Positions 25,300 to 40,223 of a DNA stretch of 64,000 bases are shown piece by piece (within the stretch, counting starts at the first letter, position 1; each line of letters starts with the position of its first letter). Position numbers and translations under genes: made by a program. The DNA comes from the human T2T-CHM13v2.0 reference genome, Homo sapiens: NCBI RefSeq assembly GCF_009914755.1, contig NC_060925.1. One strand, written 5' to 3'. The notes below the pieces were generated by a model. The model was given only the letters and a program-made list of their open reading frames with translations. It was not told the origin of the DNA and searched no databases.

Positions 25300-26400
25300 T
25301 TCCCTTCCGTATGGAAATGAGGTTAACTCATTTGCAGGAACCTAACGCCCGCCCTCCCCCGACTCGGATCGCTGGCGTGAACCCAGCGGCCCCGTGCTCT
25401 CCGGGTATCCCTGGATCGAGGCGCACGCGTTGTTGCAAAGTCTCGCACTTAGGGATTAGAATGTGCCTTTGCGTTTCGTTTTGTTTTGCAACAATACAGG
25501 TGTGAGGGATCGCAGCCCTGGTCCAGGCTCTAGTCTCCCCGCCCTCTCGCTTTCTTGGGCCTCCGGGCGCCTCAAAGGTAAAACTAGGCCATTTGAAGCC
25601 TGCGAAGCGAAGGGCAGTCGGTCTTCAGGCCTAGCGGGCTTGGCTGGGCTGGGTCGGTGGACCCCTGGGCTGGCGGCGGGAGCAGAGCATCGAGCGGCTT
25701 TTAGCTGGGGTTCGGGCGGAGGACCTGGGACAACCGCGGGCCTCGCTCCTCCCCGGACGGGGCGGGACGGGGAAGTCCCGCCCACCAGGCCCAGGCCCCG
25801 GGCCGCCCCGAGGGCTGCGCCCACCTCCTTCCTGCCTCGGCAACCCCGGGCCCTGAGGGCAGGCCCCAACCGCGGAGGAGCAGGAGAGGGCGGAGGCCGG
25901 CGGGCCATGCCCTGGTCGTCCCGCGGCGCCCTCCTTCGGGACCTGGTCCTGGGCGTGCTGGGCACCGCCGCCTTCCTGCTCGACCTGGGCACCGACCTGT
26001 GGGCCGCCGTCCAGTATGCGCTCGGCGGCCGCTACCTGTGGGCGGCGCTGGTGCTGGCGCTGCTGGGCCTGGCCTCCGTGGCGCTGCAGCTCTTCAGCTG
26101 GCTCTGGCTGCGCGCTGACCCTGCCGGCCTGCACGGGTCGCAGCCCCCGCGCCGCTGCCTGGCGCTGCTGCATCTCCTGCAGCTGGGTTACCTGTACAGG
26201 TGAGTGCTTCGCCCCGGGAGGGGAGGAGTGTCGGAGCCCAGCACCTCCGTCAGCTGGGTCACCTGTACAGGTGACACGCCATATGCCGGGAAGGGGACTG
26301 GGAGAGGGAACCAAGTCCTGTGGGCGCCTGGCCTACAGGTGAGCGTGCAGCCCTTTACGGAAAGGGAATCCCGGTAGACTGCCTTCATTCTAGCCCTAGC
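25300..26400. promoter_or_regulatory. XKR8: CpG island / GC-box promoter and first exon of XKR8
   Basis: Dense CpG and GGGCGG/CCCGCC boxes around 25750-25900. CpG enrichment extends back into SMPDL3B exon 8. Boundaries are approximate. Confidence 0.88.
25907..26199 (+). CDS. XKR8: XKR8 exon 1 ([19 protein letters not shown]...LLQLGYLYR)
   Basis: Kozak-like gggccATGc, XK-family transmembrane segments, donor CAG|gtgagt, 293 nt (phase 2). Confidence 0.96.
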
Positions 26401-28127
26401 TTTCCTGGCACAGGCGAAGAAACTGAGGCCCAGGGAAGAAAGGGAGGCGCATGGGCTTTGAAGTCGGACCTCTCAGGGATCCACTTCTGGCTTTGCCCCC
26501 TCTCGCCTCACTTCTGCATTTCTCTGAGCCTCAGTTTCCTCCTGCGTAGAAAGGAGGTAGTCACCCTGAGACAGGTGTGACGGGCAGGCCTGTTGTGAAG
26601 AGTGAGCGAAAGAATGAGAAAGTGCCTCGCACAGTGCCTGGCCTGTAATGGCAGGGGCTGCGGACTCAGTTCAGCATCCCATGTTTCAGCATGGGCAGGG
26701 CCTTGGGAAGTCACTGACCTCTCAGTGGGGCTGTTTGGTTGCTGTTCCCATTGGGATGGGGATAGCGCCTGCCCGTTTGGTGAAGATGCAGTGAAATGAC
26801 ATCTGTCCACTGCCCTGGCTCAGAGTGAGCACTCAGCAACCTCAGCTGGCTTCTTGACCTGGGCCTCCCTGGGAGTTTCAGCAGCCCTGACCCCACCACA
26901 GCGCTTGCCCCTCACAAAGGCCGCCTCTCACCCTGTCTGCCTGGTTGTATTCTTCCCCCTGAAACTTGGCTTCCCACCCCAGACCCAGCAAGAGGGCAGA
27001 GATGGCCTCTGACTCATCCATGCCCATGGAGCCAGCCAGGGCTGGGCATAGGCTGGGTCCTGGAAAATGTGTGTGGATTCTGCTCCTTTTTGGACCTGGT
27101 GGAGCCTCGTAGAGATGGGAAAACAAACCCAAGGCTCAGAGGCATGCGACAAAGTCAGGGCAGAGGGTGGTGTGGGTTGGGATGGGGTGGCCAGGGCCAG
27201 GATCTGCTCTTGAATCCGTTTTTACAAACTCTTGAGATCTGGCCTTGACAAAGCCACACGGAGTCTCCAGGAGTGGAAGAGAGGAGCTTTGAATGTGGCA
27301 GTTTTGCCTGAGGGATTATAGAGACATCAGAAAACCCCGGGTGGGCATGAAGGGGTGCAGTTGTTAAGTCCTGGGCAGGCCTCCATGAGCCGTGAATCTG
27401 TAACTACCTTATGCATCTTTGTGGCCAATATTTCTGCTGAGCTTGAGTCAGACAGACTGTACTAGCTTTGGCTTTGGAAATGGGTCTCTGTTCCTGCCTG
27501 TGAATTGGCCGAGGCAGGGGTCCCTGCTAGGTCACTGGGGACCATAGGCAAAGGCTCCTGCTGAGGGAGAACCCCAGCCTGTCCTGCCTGCCTGCTCCTC
27601 AGTGTGTTCTTGTGTCCTTCCAGGGGAAGTGACAGTACATGTCTGGTGAATGAGCTTGTGATGAGTGAACGGGGTTCTCTCCCAATAGGCAACTGAGAGC
27701 AAAGTTCTGGGTGGAGGGTCCTTGGTGCATCCTCCACTTACTCTTCATGCCAGTGGGTACCCCAGACCTGTCTGTCCAAACTCTGGACTCTCTTAACTCC
27801 GCCCCAATCTCCATCCTTAACCACTCAGGGCCAGCCTCTTAAATGGGATCCCTCCTTCCAATCTAACCCTCCTCCAGCCCCTCCCCTGTGTGGCCGGGGC
27901 AAGGCAGAGTCTGATTCCATCTGGCCTGTGCCCAGAAGTGCCCAAGAGGCAAATGTCCTCTTGCCCACAGGACCCCAGGAGATCTTGGGCACACTAAAGT
28001 TTGAGAACTACTGCCTCAGGCAACTTTATAGCATGCCTTTCCAATTCAGGTTTGGATCCAAATCCTCATTCCAGTACTTATTAGCTGCTTATAATTTTTT
28101 GTTTGTTTTTTAAAAAGAGGTAGGGTC

Positions 28128-30320
<2,193 letters not shown>

Positions 30321-32336
30321 TTAAAAGAGAAACAAGAAACAATATATTGAATGCCTTCATCCAGTCAGGTTTTCATTGTGCATCTCTTCTGTGCCTGTTA
30401 CTGTGCTGGGGACACAGCAGTGAACAAGATGAACCCAGCCCCTGCCCTGCCAGGATGATAGACTAAAACAAGTAGCTACGGTTGAGTGACTGGAAAAGGG
30501 AGAGGCAGGGAGCAGAGGATCACAGGGCCCCCTAAGCATGGGTGAAGTTTACAGTGAGGAGCTTTGGGAGGGTTTTTGCATGAAAGGAAAGTGACTTGCC
30601 CATTTCCACAGACCTGGACAGTGGCCAAGCTAAAGAGGGCCCCCACTCACATCCGACTCAGGGTCCAAGCCTTCCCCTTTGCCTTTCTCCACCGCTGCCA
30701 TAAATGCCACAGCCTCTCAAGAAACCAGTCCTCACTCTACCGTCACTCGCTGTGTGACCTGGAGAGCCTTCCTGTGGAAGATGGAGGTTGGACTCGATCT
30801 CCAAGGGCCCTTTCGTCTTGCTAGTCTGAGTCTATATATTGATTGAAAAAACAATAATAGCGGCTGTCACAATCGAGTGCCAGCTATTAGCCAGGCCCTG
30901 TGGGAAGCACTTACAGTCATCATTGCTCATGTTCACAGCAGCCCTGTAGGTTTGTGCTATATTGATCTTCATTTTTAAAGAGGTGCAGAAAGGTGAGTGA
31001 CTTGCCCTGGGTTACTGGGCACTCACTGGGCACACGTCTTTGTCTGTTGAGGGTTGGGGGTGTCTAGAACCAGGGCCAAGTGCAGACAGTCTGCACTGCG
31101 AGTGTGGCAGGGGGTAAGGGGGCGAGACAGATTTTCCCTACTTTTTATTTAGCAAACATCTCTTTCGCTGCTGTTATGTGCCAGGTACTGGGCTGCTGGG
31201 GGATCCCAAGTGAGCAGAGTCTGTTTTCTACCCTCGAGGAGCCCAGAGATAAGGAAATAGATAATTACTGTGTGATGAGACTCCAGACAGAGGTGGGTGG
31301 CATGTTACAGGGATACCTGACACAGCTGAGTGGGTGGCATGGGGTCAGGGTGGGTGACTCCCGGGGCTCTTCAAGCTGGGGCCTGCGGGGTAATGGAGGA
31401 GTAGGCCGGGGAAGTGGGGCCTGTGCTTCTGGCGACCTAACATCCTGGGCAGAGCTTGTCAAGGTCACGGAAGGTGGCATGCTGGGCAAACTGGAAGAAC
31501 ATCAGCCCTGCTGAGACCTGGGCAAGGCTAATGAGCACAGATCTGTTTCCAGGCTAGGAGTGGGTTCTGGGCGCCTAATAGGTTCCCAGTAAACATCTGT
31601 CGAATGACTGCGGTGGACGGGGACAGGGGAGGAAGCAGTCGGGAGACGTGCCGGTGCCACTTCCATCCCTCCCTGGAGGCCCTTGTGCTTCTGCTCCAGG
31701 ATTGGCAACCAGGAGGTGGGATAGGACCCCTGTTGTAAACTTCTGGATCTTGGAAAATCAAGGTTAGGGGTCAGTCCGATGGCCTCTGGTCTTGGAGGGG
31801 AGGGGAGGGGAGTGGGGAGACCTTCTGTCCACACAGCAGGGACATCTCTCCTGGCCCTGAGGGCAGCTTTAGCCAGAGCCTGTTGCCACCCCATGGGATT
31901 TTCTACTCCCTTTTTGAGACTAAGAAAGACGGAACTGAGACTGTTGATTTTTAGACACAAGGAAGGCTTGTGTTCTTCCCAGAAAGAAAGGGTTATGGGG
32001 CCCTGGAAGATGCCCAGGATGCAGCCAAGGCCCAGGGGTGCTGAGTGCTGGGTGGGCCACAAGTCACATCCTCTCATCTTTGACAAATACCACCCGGATA
32101 GCACCTACGCAGCAAAGCGCTGTGGTGAGGGGCAGGCTCTATATTAGGAGTCATAGCTTTGTTTTTGGTTGTGGGAACTCACTGGGTCTTCTCTAGCTGC
32201 AGATTTGCCTTCAACAAACGAGGGATTCTAATACCTACCCCAGGGTTGCTGGGAGGGCCCCCACGGTACCTGTGACCGCTGGGGAGTGCCAAGCAGGCTG
32301 GCCCCAGGACTCACTGTTCCCTCCTACTCTTTGCAG

Positions 32337-33034
32337 GGGTTGGCATCTGCACATCCTTCCTGGGCATCTCGTGGGCACTGCTCGACTACCACCGGGCCTT
32401 GCGCACCTGCCTCCCCTCCAAGCCGCTCCTGGGCCTGGGCTCCTCCGTGATCTACTTCCTGTGGAACCTGCTGCTGCTGTGGCCCCGAGTCCTGGCTGTG
32501 GCCCTGTTCTCAGCCCTCTTCCCCAGCTATGTGGCCCTGCACTTCCTGGGCCTGTGGCTGGTACTGCTGCTCTGGGTCTGGCTTCAGGGCACAGACTTCA
32601 TGCCGGACCCCAGCTCCGAGTGGCTGTACCGGGTGACGGTGGCCACCATCCTCTATTTCTCCTGGTTCAACGTGGCTGAGGGCCGCACCCGAGGCCGGGC
32701 CATCATCCACTTCGCCTTCCTCCTGAGTGACAGCATTCTCCTGGTGGCCACCTGGGTGACTCATAGCTCCTGGCTGCCCAGCGGGATTCCACTGCAGCTG
32801 TGGCTGCCTGTGGGATGCGGCTGCTTCTTTCTGGGCCTGGCTCTGCGGCTTGTGTACTACCACTGGCTGCACCCTAGCTGCTGCTGGAAGCCCGACCCTG
32901 ACCAGGTAGACGGGGCCCGGAGTCTGCTTTCTCCAGAGGGGTATCAGCTGCCTCAGAACAGGCGCATGACCCATTTAGCACAGAAGTTTTTCCCCAAGGC
33001 TAAGGATGAGGCTGCTTCGCCAGTGAAGGGATAG
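32337..33034 (+). CDS. XKR8: XKR8 exon 3 coding part ([10 protein letters not shown]...DQVDG...ASPVKG*)
   Basis: Acceptor ctctttgcag|GG, TAG at 33032-33034. Total 1188 nt = 395 aa. Caspase site DQVD/G at 32900-32914 falls at D355 by my count. Confidence 0.97.
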
Positions 33035-33905
33035 GTGAACGGCGTCCTTTGAAGCAGGATCAGACCCAGCCAGCAGAGATGGAGAGTGACTCTGTTGGCA
33101 GAAGGCAGGCGAGGATAAGCTAACGATGCTGCTGTGGCCTCTATGCACTCAGCAAGAGCGGGACGCCTGTGCTGGGCCGGGCACCAGGGATGGTGCTGAG
33201 TCGGGCAGAGGCCTCCTTTCAAGGAGTTCACAGTGAACAAGATGAGAAGGGCTGGGCCCTGGAGGGTCAAGAGCCCCAATTATGTACAAGACACTTTGGG
33301 AGGAAAGAAGACTACCTTTTCCCCCTGCCATTGGTATAGCTGGTGCCCCAAAACTTCCACCTCCCTCCCTGGCCACCTCTAAAATGACTGGTATAGGTGC
33401 TGCCCCACCCCTTAGCTCCCCTATCCTGGGCTAGGAGGCCACAGGGGCTGTCCTCTAGAATTCTTCCTTCCCTCCCCCACACCATTCATTCAATTCATGA
33501 AACAAATCTTTGCCAAGAGCAGTTTATGTGCCAGGAACATCATTCTGTCCTTGCAACCTGGAACAAGACCAGCTACCAGCCTAGCTTCATCCGCTACTTG
33601 CACCAACCAGTCCCGGGTTAGATCCCAAATGCTAGAAGCCAGGGATGCCCAACTCTGGGTGGCCCCAGTCAGAACCTCTGGGATCTCAGTGAAGCTGGCC
33701 TGGCCTCTGCTCCTGCTCTCAAGGGGCTGCTTTTCAACCAAGAGCCTTGTGAGCCTGGTCTGAGCCTTGCACAGCCACTGAGTATTTTTTTTGCCTTAGC
33801 CAGTGTACCTCCTACCTCAGTCTATGTGAGAGGAAGAGAATGTGTGTGCCTGTGGGTCTCTACAAGTGACAGATGTGTTGTTTTCAACAGTATTATTAGG
33901 TTATG

Positions 33906-33911
33906 AATAAA
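33906..33911 (+). terminator. XKR8: XKR8 polyadenylation signal AATAAA (3'UTR about 33035-33930)
   Basis: First canonical hexamer I found after the stop, followed by a GT-containing downstream tract. Confidence 0.8.
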
Positions 33912-35002
33912 GCCTCATGAAATCCTCCAACCTAGTCTGTGTCATCAAACGAAATCCCCTATGGAGTTCAGAGCCTGAACTGGAAGAGATCAGGGACATA
34001 AAATCTACCTCTCAAAATCAGTCAAGGTCCACGAACAGAGAGAGGGCTGGCTTAGGTGGGGTTTCTCAACCTCGTGTTTGAAGTTTCAGGAGCTGGTGAG
34101 CCAGCGTGGGGTAGACAGCTCAGCTGGAGATCAGAATCCAGATCTGGGCTGACTTAGTGCATCCTCTTCAACACCAGCTCTGCTGCTGGGCCCAGCAGGA
34201 GTGGCCACAGACACATTTAGGGCCAAGAAGTGAATATAGTTGCCTGGTGAAGAAAGGTCTTTTTGCTGGGAGCTCTGAGAGGTTAAGTGATGAGGTGCCT
34301 CAGGGGATGTGGATGTGGTGGGTGATGGTGCTGGGGAAGTGGAACCTTTTGCTGTTCTAGGAGGTCCATGGTTTGGAGAAACGGGACAGAAAAGTCAATT
34401 GAGATAGAGAAGAAAATGTTCTAGTCACTGCTGTGATGGGATCCAGGATAGTCTCAGCTCTGTTACTATTCTGGTGGAGACACAAAAACCAGGATAAGTA
34501 AAACATTTAGTATATCAGATAGTGTTAAGAAGTGCTAAAAGAAAAAGGGAAAGGGATAGGGAGAGAGAGTAAGTATTTGTGTGTTGGGGGTGGGAATTAC
34601 AACTTTGTATAGAATGGCTGGGGAAGGCCTTCCTGCAAAACCGGTAAGCTGGTTAGCAGTGACTTGGGTGTGGCCTATAAATGTCACGAGAAGGAGCAGA
34701 ACCTGGAGTCACTGGTAGCTTGAACCACTGTGGTGGAAGGAATGATGCAAACAGAATTCCACCGGATGAATAAGCACTTGTAACCACTCTGTTGGCCTGG
34801 AACTAAAGATGACCCAGAGATGAAGGGTGGGGGCAGGGAGAGGATCTGAGATGATGCTGGTGACTTTTACATACAAGCAATGGTTAGAGGCAGAAAGGAT
34901 CCTGCAGATCATCCTGTCTAGTGATTTTCAGGCTTTTGAATATCATGTACCTATAAAATGGCCAACATGGTTGCAACTTAATTTTAACAAAAAAGGGCAT
35001 TA

Positions 35003-35395
<393 letters not shown>

Positions 35396-36193
35396 CTAAT
35401 TGAATACATGTAAACATACACACACACCTGAAATTGCAGGAAGAGATGGAGATGTTTATCTACTCTGTGCTTGAAATCAATGCCTCTAATATTTGTATTT
35501 ATAACTGAGTAGGGATATAGCAGCTAACGCGTTTGCTTCAACTAATGTGCACCTAATGAGGAAAACATTTAATAACTAGAATAGGCAACTTCCTCTTTTC
35601 TGGGGAATTTTTGGAAAAATACATCTTATAGTCTGACATGTATGGTACTTGGAAGCTAGAACCCAATTCTGATTTCCTTCATTGGACTAAAAGGCAGAAA
35701 GGCTTTGTGACTGTTTTCCAGACCAGAGGGATACAGCCAGACCCAAATCAGAGAAATGAAATGAGAAAAAGTAGTTGATGTGACAGGAAATCAGGGCAAA
35801 TCAAATGAGGTTTGGTATCAGTTTGTCAGTTTTATCGCTTTTGTGGTTTAAGTGCAGTGCAGCAAGGTACTGATTTCTCTCCTTAATAAATTTCAGCATA
35901 TTTGGAAGTGAATGAAATCTTTTCTCACTCCAGTTCTAAACTTTAAAAGCAATATATTTTAGAAACAATACATTCTCCCATACAAATTATTTTAAAATAT
36001 TTTCCCATGTATATTTATACCAAATGGTTTGTTCTTACTTTTTTGGTGAAATGACCCAGTTACTGAAAGGGTGACATCTTTCTAATGAACTCTTAGAATT
36101 TTTATGAAGCCATAATTAGGACCCCACACAGCTGGGCAACTGTGCTGATCCTATTCAGAAAAGACACAGGAGCAAACTATAGAAAATAAAAAC

Positions 36194-36199
36194 TTTATT
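36194..36199 (-). terminator. EYA3: EYA3 distal polyadenylation signal AATAAA
   Basis: TTTATT on +. It follows an AU-rich, UGUA-containing terminal UTR segment on the - strand. Confidence 0.75.
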
Positions 36200-37145
36200 T
36201 TTTTCAAGTTTATAAGATAGTTCCCATTACATATAACATTACGGTCACGGATTCTACAGCCACAAATGCCCGCAGTCACATAAATATATCCAATCCAATC
36301 AATGCCTTTTCCTGCTAACAGAGGCATCTGAAGTTCAGAGGGAGAGTCGCATTTTGAGTAGAAGTCGTCCTTAATGGGAGGGCTCCTGTCAGTGCATTAG
36401 GAACTAGCCAAGGAGCCTTGCTTGCCAGAGCTGTCTGACTCAGAGGAGAGGAAGGGACAGATGGCCTGCTGACTGGGGCTGAGGCAGAACTAGATTTTCT
36501 CTCTTGTGGTTTAAGATATTTTAGAATCTCGGAATTCAGATCCTATAGTGTGAATATCTGGGGAGTTCTAACTTCTGGATGAAAAAGGAAACCAATTTAG
36601 TGGTAAGAAATAGAAGCCTGCTTAAGAGGGACCCTAACTGCCTCCTTGAGGAGTAAGGAGTCAGAGGAAGACCCTAAGCTCACCATTCCTTGGCCCAGAC
36701 CATTGCTCTACCCCATACTCCTCTCCCCTGTGGTTCAGTGACACTGACAACCATTCAAGGTAGTAAACATCTAGAAGCTCCACATGCTGCAGCTAGAGTT
36801 TGCAAGTCAGATTCTATTTGGAATTTTAAAGCTGAGTTTGTGTAAACTGCGAACAAGCTGTGGCATCAGTCTCTTGGGACAACTCACTAGCTTTACAGAA
36901 GACAGGAACGCCGCAAATCAAACAAAAGCCCAGATGGGCATCTAAATCTGGAGCAGGTGTCCATTCTTCTGGACACTACCAGCTGCCCCAGGGGCACTGG
37001 ACAGGGTGATGCTAAGGCACAGTCAGTTTTACATTCGAAAGTCAAGCCACCTCCTCAACCCAAGACACACCTCACTCCAGATCTACTACTAGAGAGAGCC
37101 CTCACCGTGACATTACAGACCCATCCTGTAGAACCCACAGTGCCT

Positions 37146-37481
<336 letters not shown>

Positions 37482-40090
37482 CTAGGGAAGGACTCATCAT
37501 TTGGCTAATTTCATGAGGACTCTAATGAAGAGGGTCTCCCCCTTGATGAATGGACCCACAGTGTCCTTTGGTCCTCAGCTTCTAACAGCTCTTAATCCTA
37601 CCCACTTATTTTCCTTTCCAGATTTTTGTGTTGGGGTGGAGAAAAAGGCAGGGTAATTACAGAGAGCACTGTGTTCCCTGGACAATTCATTTTGGCAAAC
37701 AGCCAAGAAGCTCCTGTTTTCTCTCTTCCATTTAAATGAGGGTGGCAACAACCAGGAATGAGCAAAGACTGCTCTGCTCAGCCTCCTTACCTCTCTTGGC
37801 CAAGTTCAAGTTCCTTTTGGAAAGAGCTAAGCTAGGAAGTCAGAGTAAGAGGAAAAAGGCCAATGATAAAAGTGAGTTCAAGTTACATTCTAAAATAAAG
37901 AGCTCCCAAAAGGGTGGAGAGGGAAGTATCTGTGTGTGTGTGCTTGCGTGCATGGTGGGGGTACCACTCCGCAGCCTCACAAACCTGAAGCGCAGCACAA
38001 CAGCCGTGGCCTTTGTCCAGGACAAAAACCCAACAGCTATACTGCATAGGGGGAGGGTTTGAGGCCTCAGAGTAAAACCTAGAGCTTCCTAAGATCAACC
38101 ATCAAACAAGGCAGAGCAGCATCTAGGCAACTATGCTGAATACAGACCAAGGGAAGGCCTACCTCACACTACATCTCCCTCCTCCCAACCCCACAGGAAA
38201 CAAGGCCAAAGAGGCAGCTAAGTAAAGGAGCACTGACTTCAGCTACTCAGCAAAAACTTACTCCTTAAAATCACGAGTTATGAGCGCTTTTCAATGAGTT
38301 CTGAAGGAATGTGTATACCAGCCTCTCTCTCTTGCTATCTGGGTGGCCTGGCATTGGAAGGAGTCTTGCCTCTTTGTGCTGCAACATCTCTGGAAATGGG
38401 TATGCAGAATCTCTGGTGACAAGCAATTATAGCTGGGGTTGGTCAACAATGCCTCCTTCTGCGGACCAATCCTGCATCTCAATCTGAGGTGCTTGTATCA
38501 TCTCTCTCTGTGTAGCCTGGGAGAGGCTGAACTTCCTCAGCTCTAGGGAATTTTATCCTGCCTGAGTAGATGCCCAAATTGCTCTTGGAGGGATGGGGCA
38601 TCCAACAATCATGGCTGGGCTGGAAGGCTGTGACTAGTGCCTGGGCACCCACCAATCTGCCCAGAGGTCGAGAGATGCTCCTGCATTTGGCCCAGGATTA
38701 AGTTTTGGGCCATGAAGTAGGGAATGATGCAGTACTCTCATTTAAATCAGGAAAGTCTGGCTGGGTGCAGTGGCTCATGCCTACAATCCCAACACTTTGA
38801 GAGGCCGAGGTGGGAGGATCGCTTGAGGCCAGGTGTTCAAGACCAGCCTTGGCAACAATGTGAAAACCTGTCTGTTTCTCCCTTCCCCCCACAATCAGCA
38901 AAGTCTTTCTGGTTTCCTACTTTAGAATGGGATTTGAGAAGCAGGGTTTTCCATGGGAAAATTTAAATACAGCAATCTGCTCTTCAGTTTCAGGCAGAGA
39001 TCTGGGTAAATACATACCTGGGACATCCTTCATATGGCTTAGGGCTTCCACAAAGGAAGTCAAATACATTGGCAGTTTTGGCCAAAATGTAGTTATAAGC
39101 ATGTTTTTAGATTTGATTTGAATTCTTGGGTCTAATACCCGGGGACTGGCCAGAGCTGCCTGGAGGTGGACATGAGGTGCAGAGGGCAGGAAAGGGGTAA
39201 GAACCTAGCATTATGATGACCAAGAAGGAAGAAGCTGCAGGGACGAGCATCTGATGGGAAATGGGTGCTTCTCTGCAGGGGGAATAGGTAGAACCTTTCG
39301 GTCTCAAGAGCCAAGAAGCTGAAATTCATAAGACACTTTAGTTCCTTCTCTCCAGTTTGGAAGCTAAGCCTCCTGTGATACAGTCTGAATGACAGTCAAG
39401 CAGAAGGAGTTTTTAGGGTTGTGCCATTTGACTAAAGGGAAAAGGGACTGGAAAGAAGACTAAGGCTTCTAGATGGGAAATGCCAAAGTTTAAGTTACTC
39501 AGTGTCCAGTGCCCCACAGTTCACCAGCTAGGAGATAGAAGAACAGGAAAGGTATCATCCTAGAGAGCAGACCACTGGAGCAGCTATAGAGGTGCTACTG
39601 CCACAGGGAGGTATTTTAGATATTTCAATTACTATTTTCAAGACTTTAAACACCCCTTCTTGCTAGAAAAAGAAAGTGGGGGAAACCTGCGTCAAAGATC
39701 AGACCCTTACCTATAAAAATAACATACACATTCGCTGGAAATAAGTGAGATTCTAAGCTAAGGAGACTCTAAGACTGCAAGAGATGTTATCATAAAAGTC
39801 TGCTGCATTTATCTGATCACCACAAGTTATCAGTAATTCTCAATCTGGTCATGGACTAAGAGTGCAACTCTGCCCCAGGAATTTCCTTTTCTTTTTCATT
39901 TTTTGAAAACAAAAAAACAAAAACAAAACACAGAAAAATTAAAAGCACTGTAGCTGCAGTGAGTCCATTGTTCTCTCTATCCAACTGTCCCTGCTTCTGT
40001 ATGGAGATGAACACGGGGCTGCAGCTCACTCTTAGCAAAAATTGCAGCTGTTGGTTCTGATTGTGTTCTCGCCAGCATTCCATGGATAAA

Positions 40091-40223
40091 GACAGAGAGA
40101 GAGAGAGAGAGAGAGGCAGAGAGGGAGGGAGAGAGGAAGGGAGGGAGGGAGAGAGGGAGAGAGAGAAAGAGAGAAAGAGAGAGAGATAGAGACAGAGACA
40201 CAGAGAGAGACAGACAGAGAAAG
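40091..40223. repeat. GA/GGGA-rich simple repeat (CU-rich in the EYA3 mRNA), ~80 nt after the EYA3 stop
   Basis: Nearly pure purine tract on +. Confidence 0.92.

Noticed and set aside
25463-25906. 148-codon in-frame extension upstream of the XKR8 ATG (ORF 25463-26203)
   Set aside because: It begins at GTG and is a low-complexity G/R/P/A sequence, as expected from stop-codon scarcity in a CpG island. The ATG at 25907 has good context and gives the expected 395 aa. Ribo-seq would be needed to revive it.
25456-26314. Long antisense ORFs (178 aa, 227 aa) over XKR8 exon 1
   Set aside because: Shadow ORFs of GC-rich coding sequence with no recognisable domain.
31502-32104. 200-aa antisense ORF in XKR8 intron 2
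   Set aside because: No homology recognised, Pro/Leu-rich composition typical of random GC-rich DNA, and no supporting promoter or splice structure.
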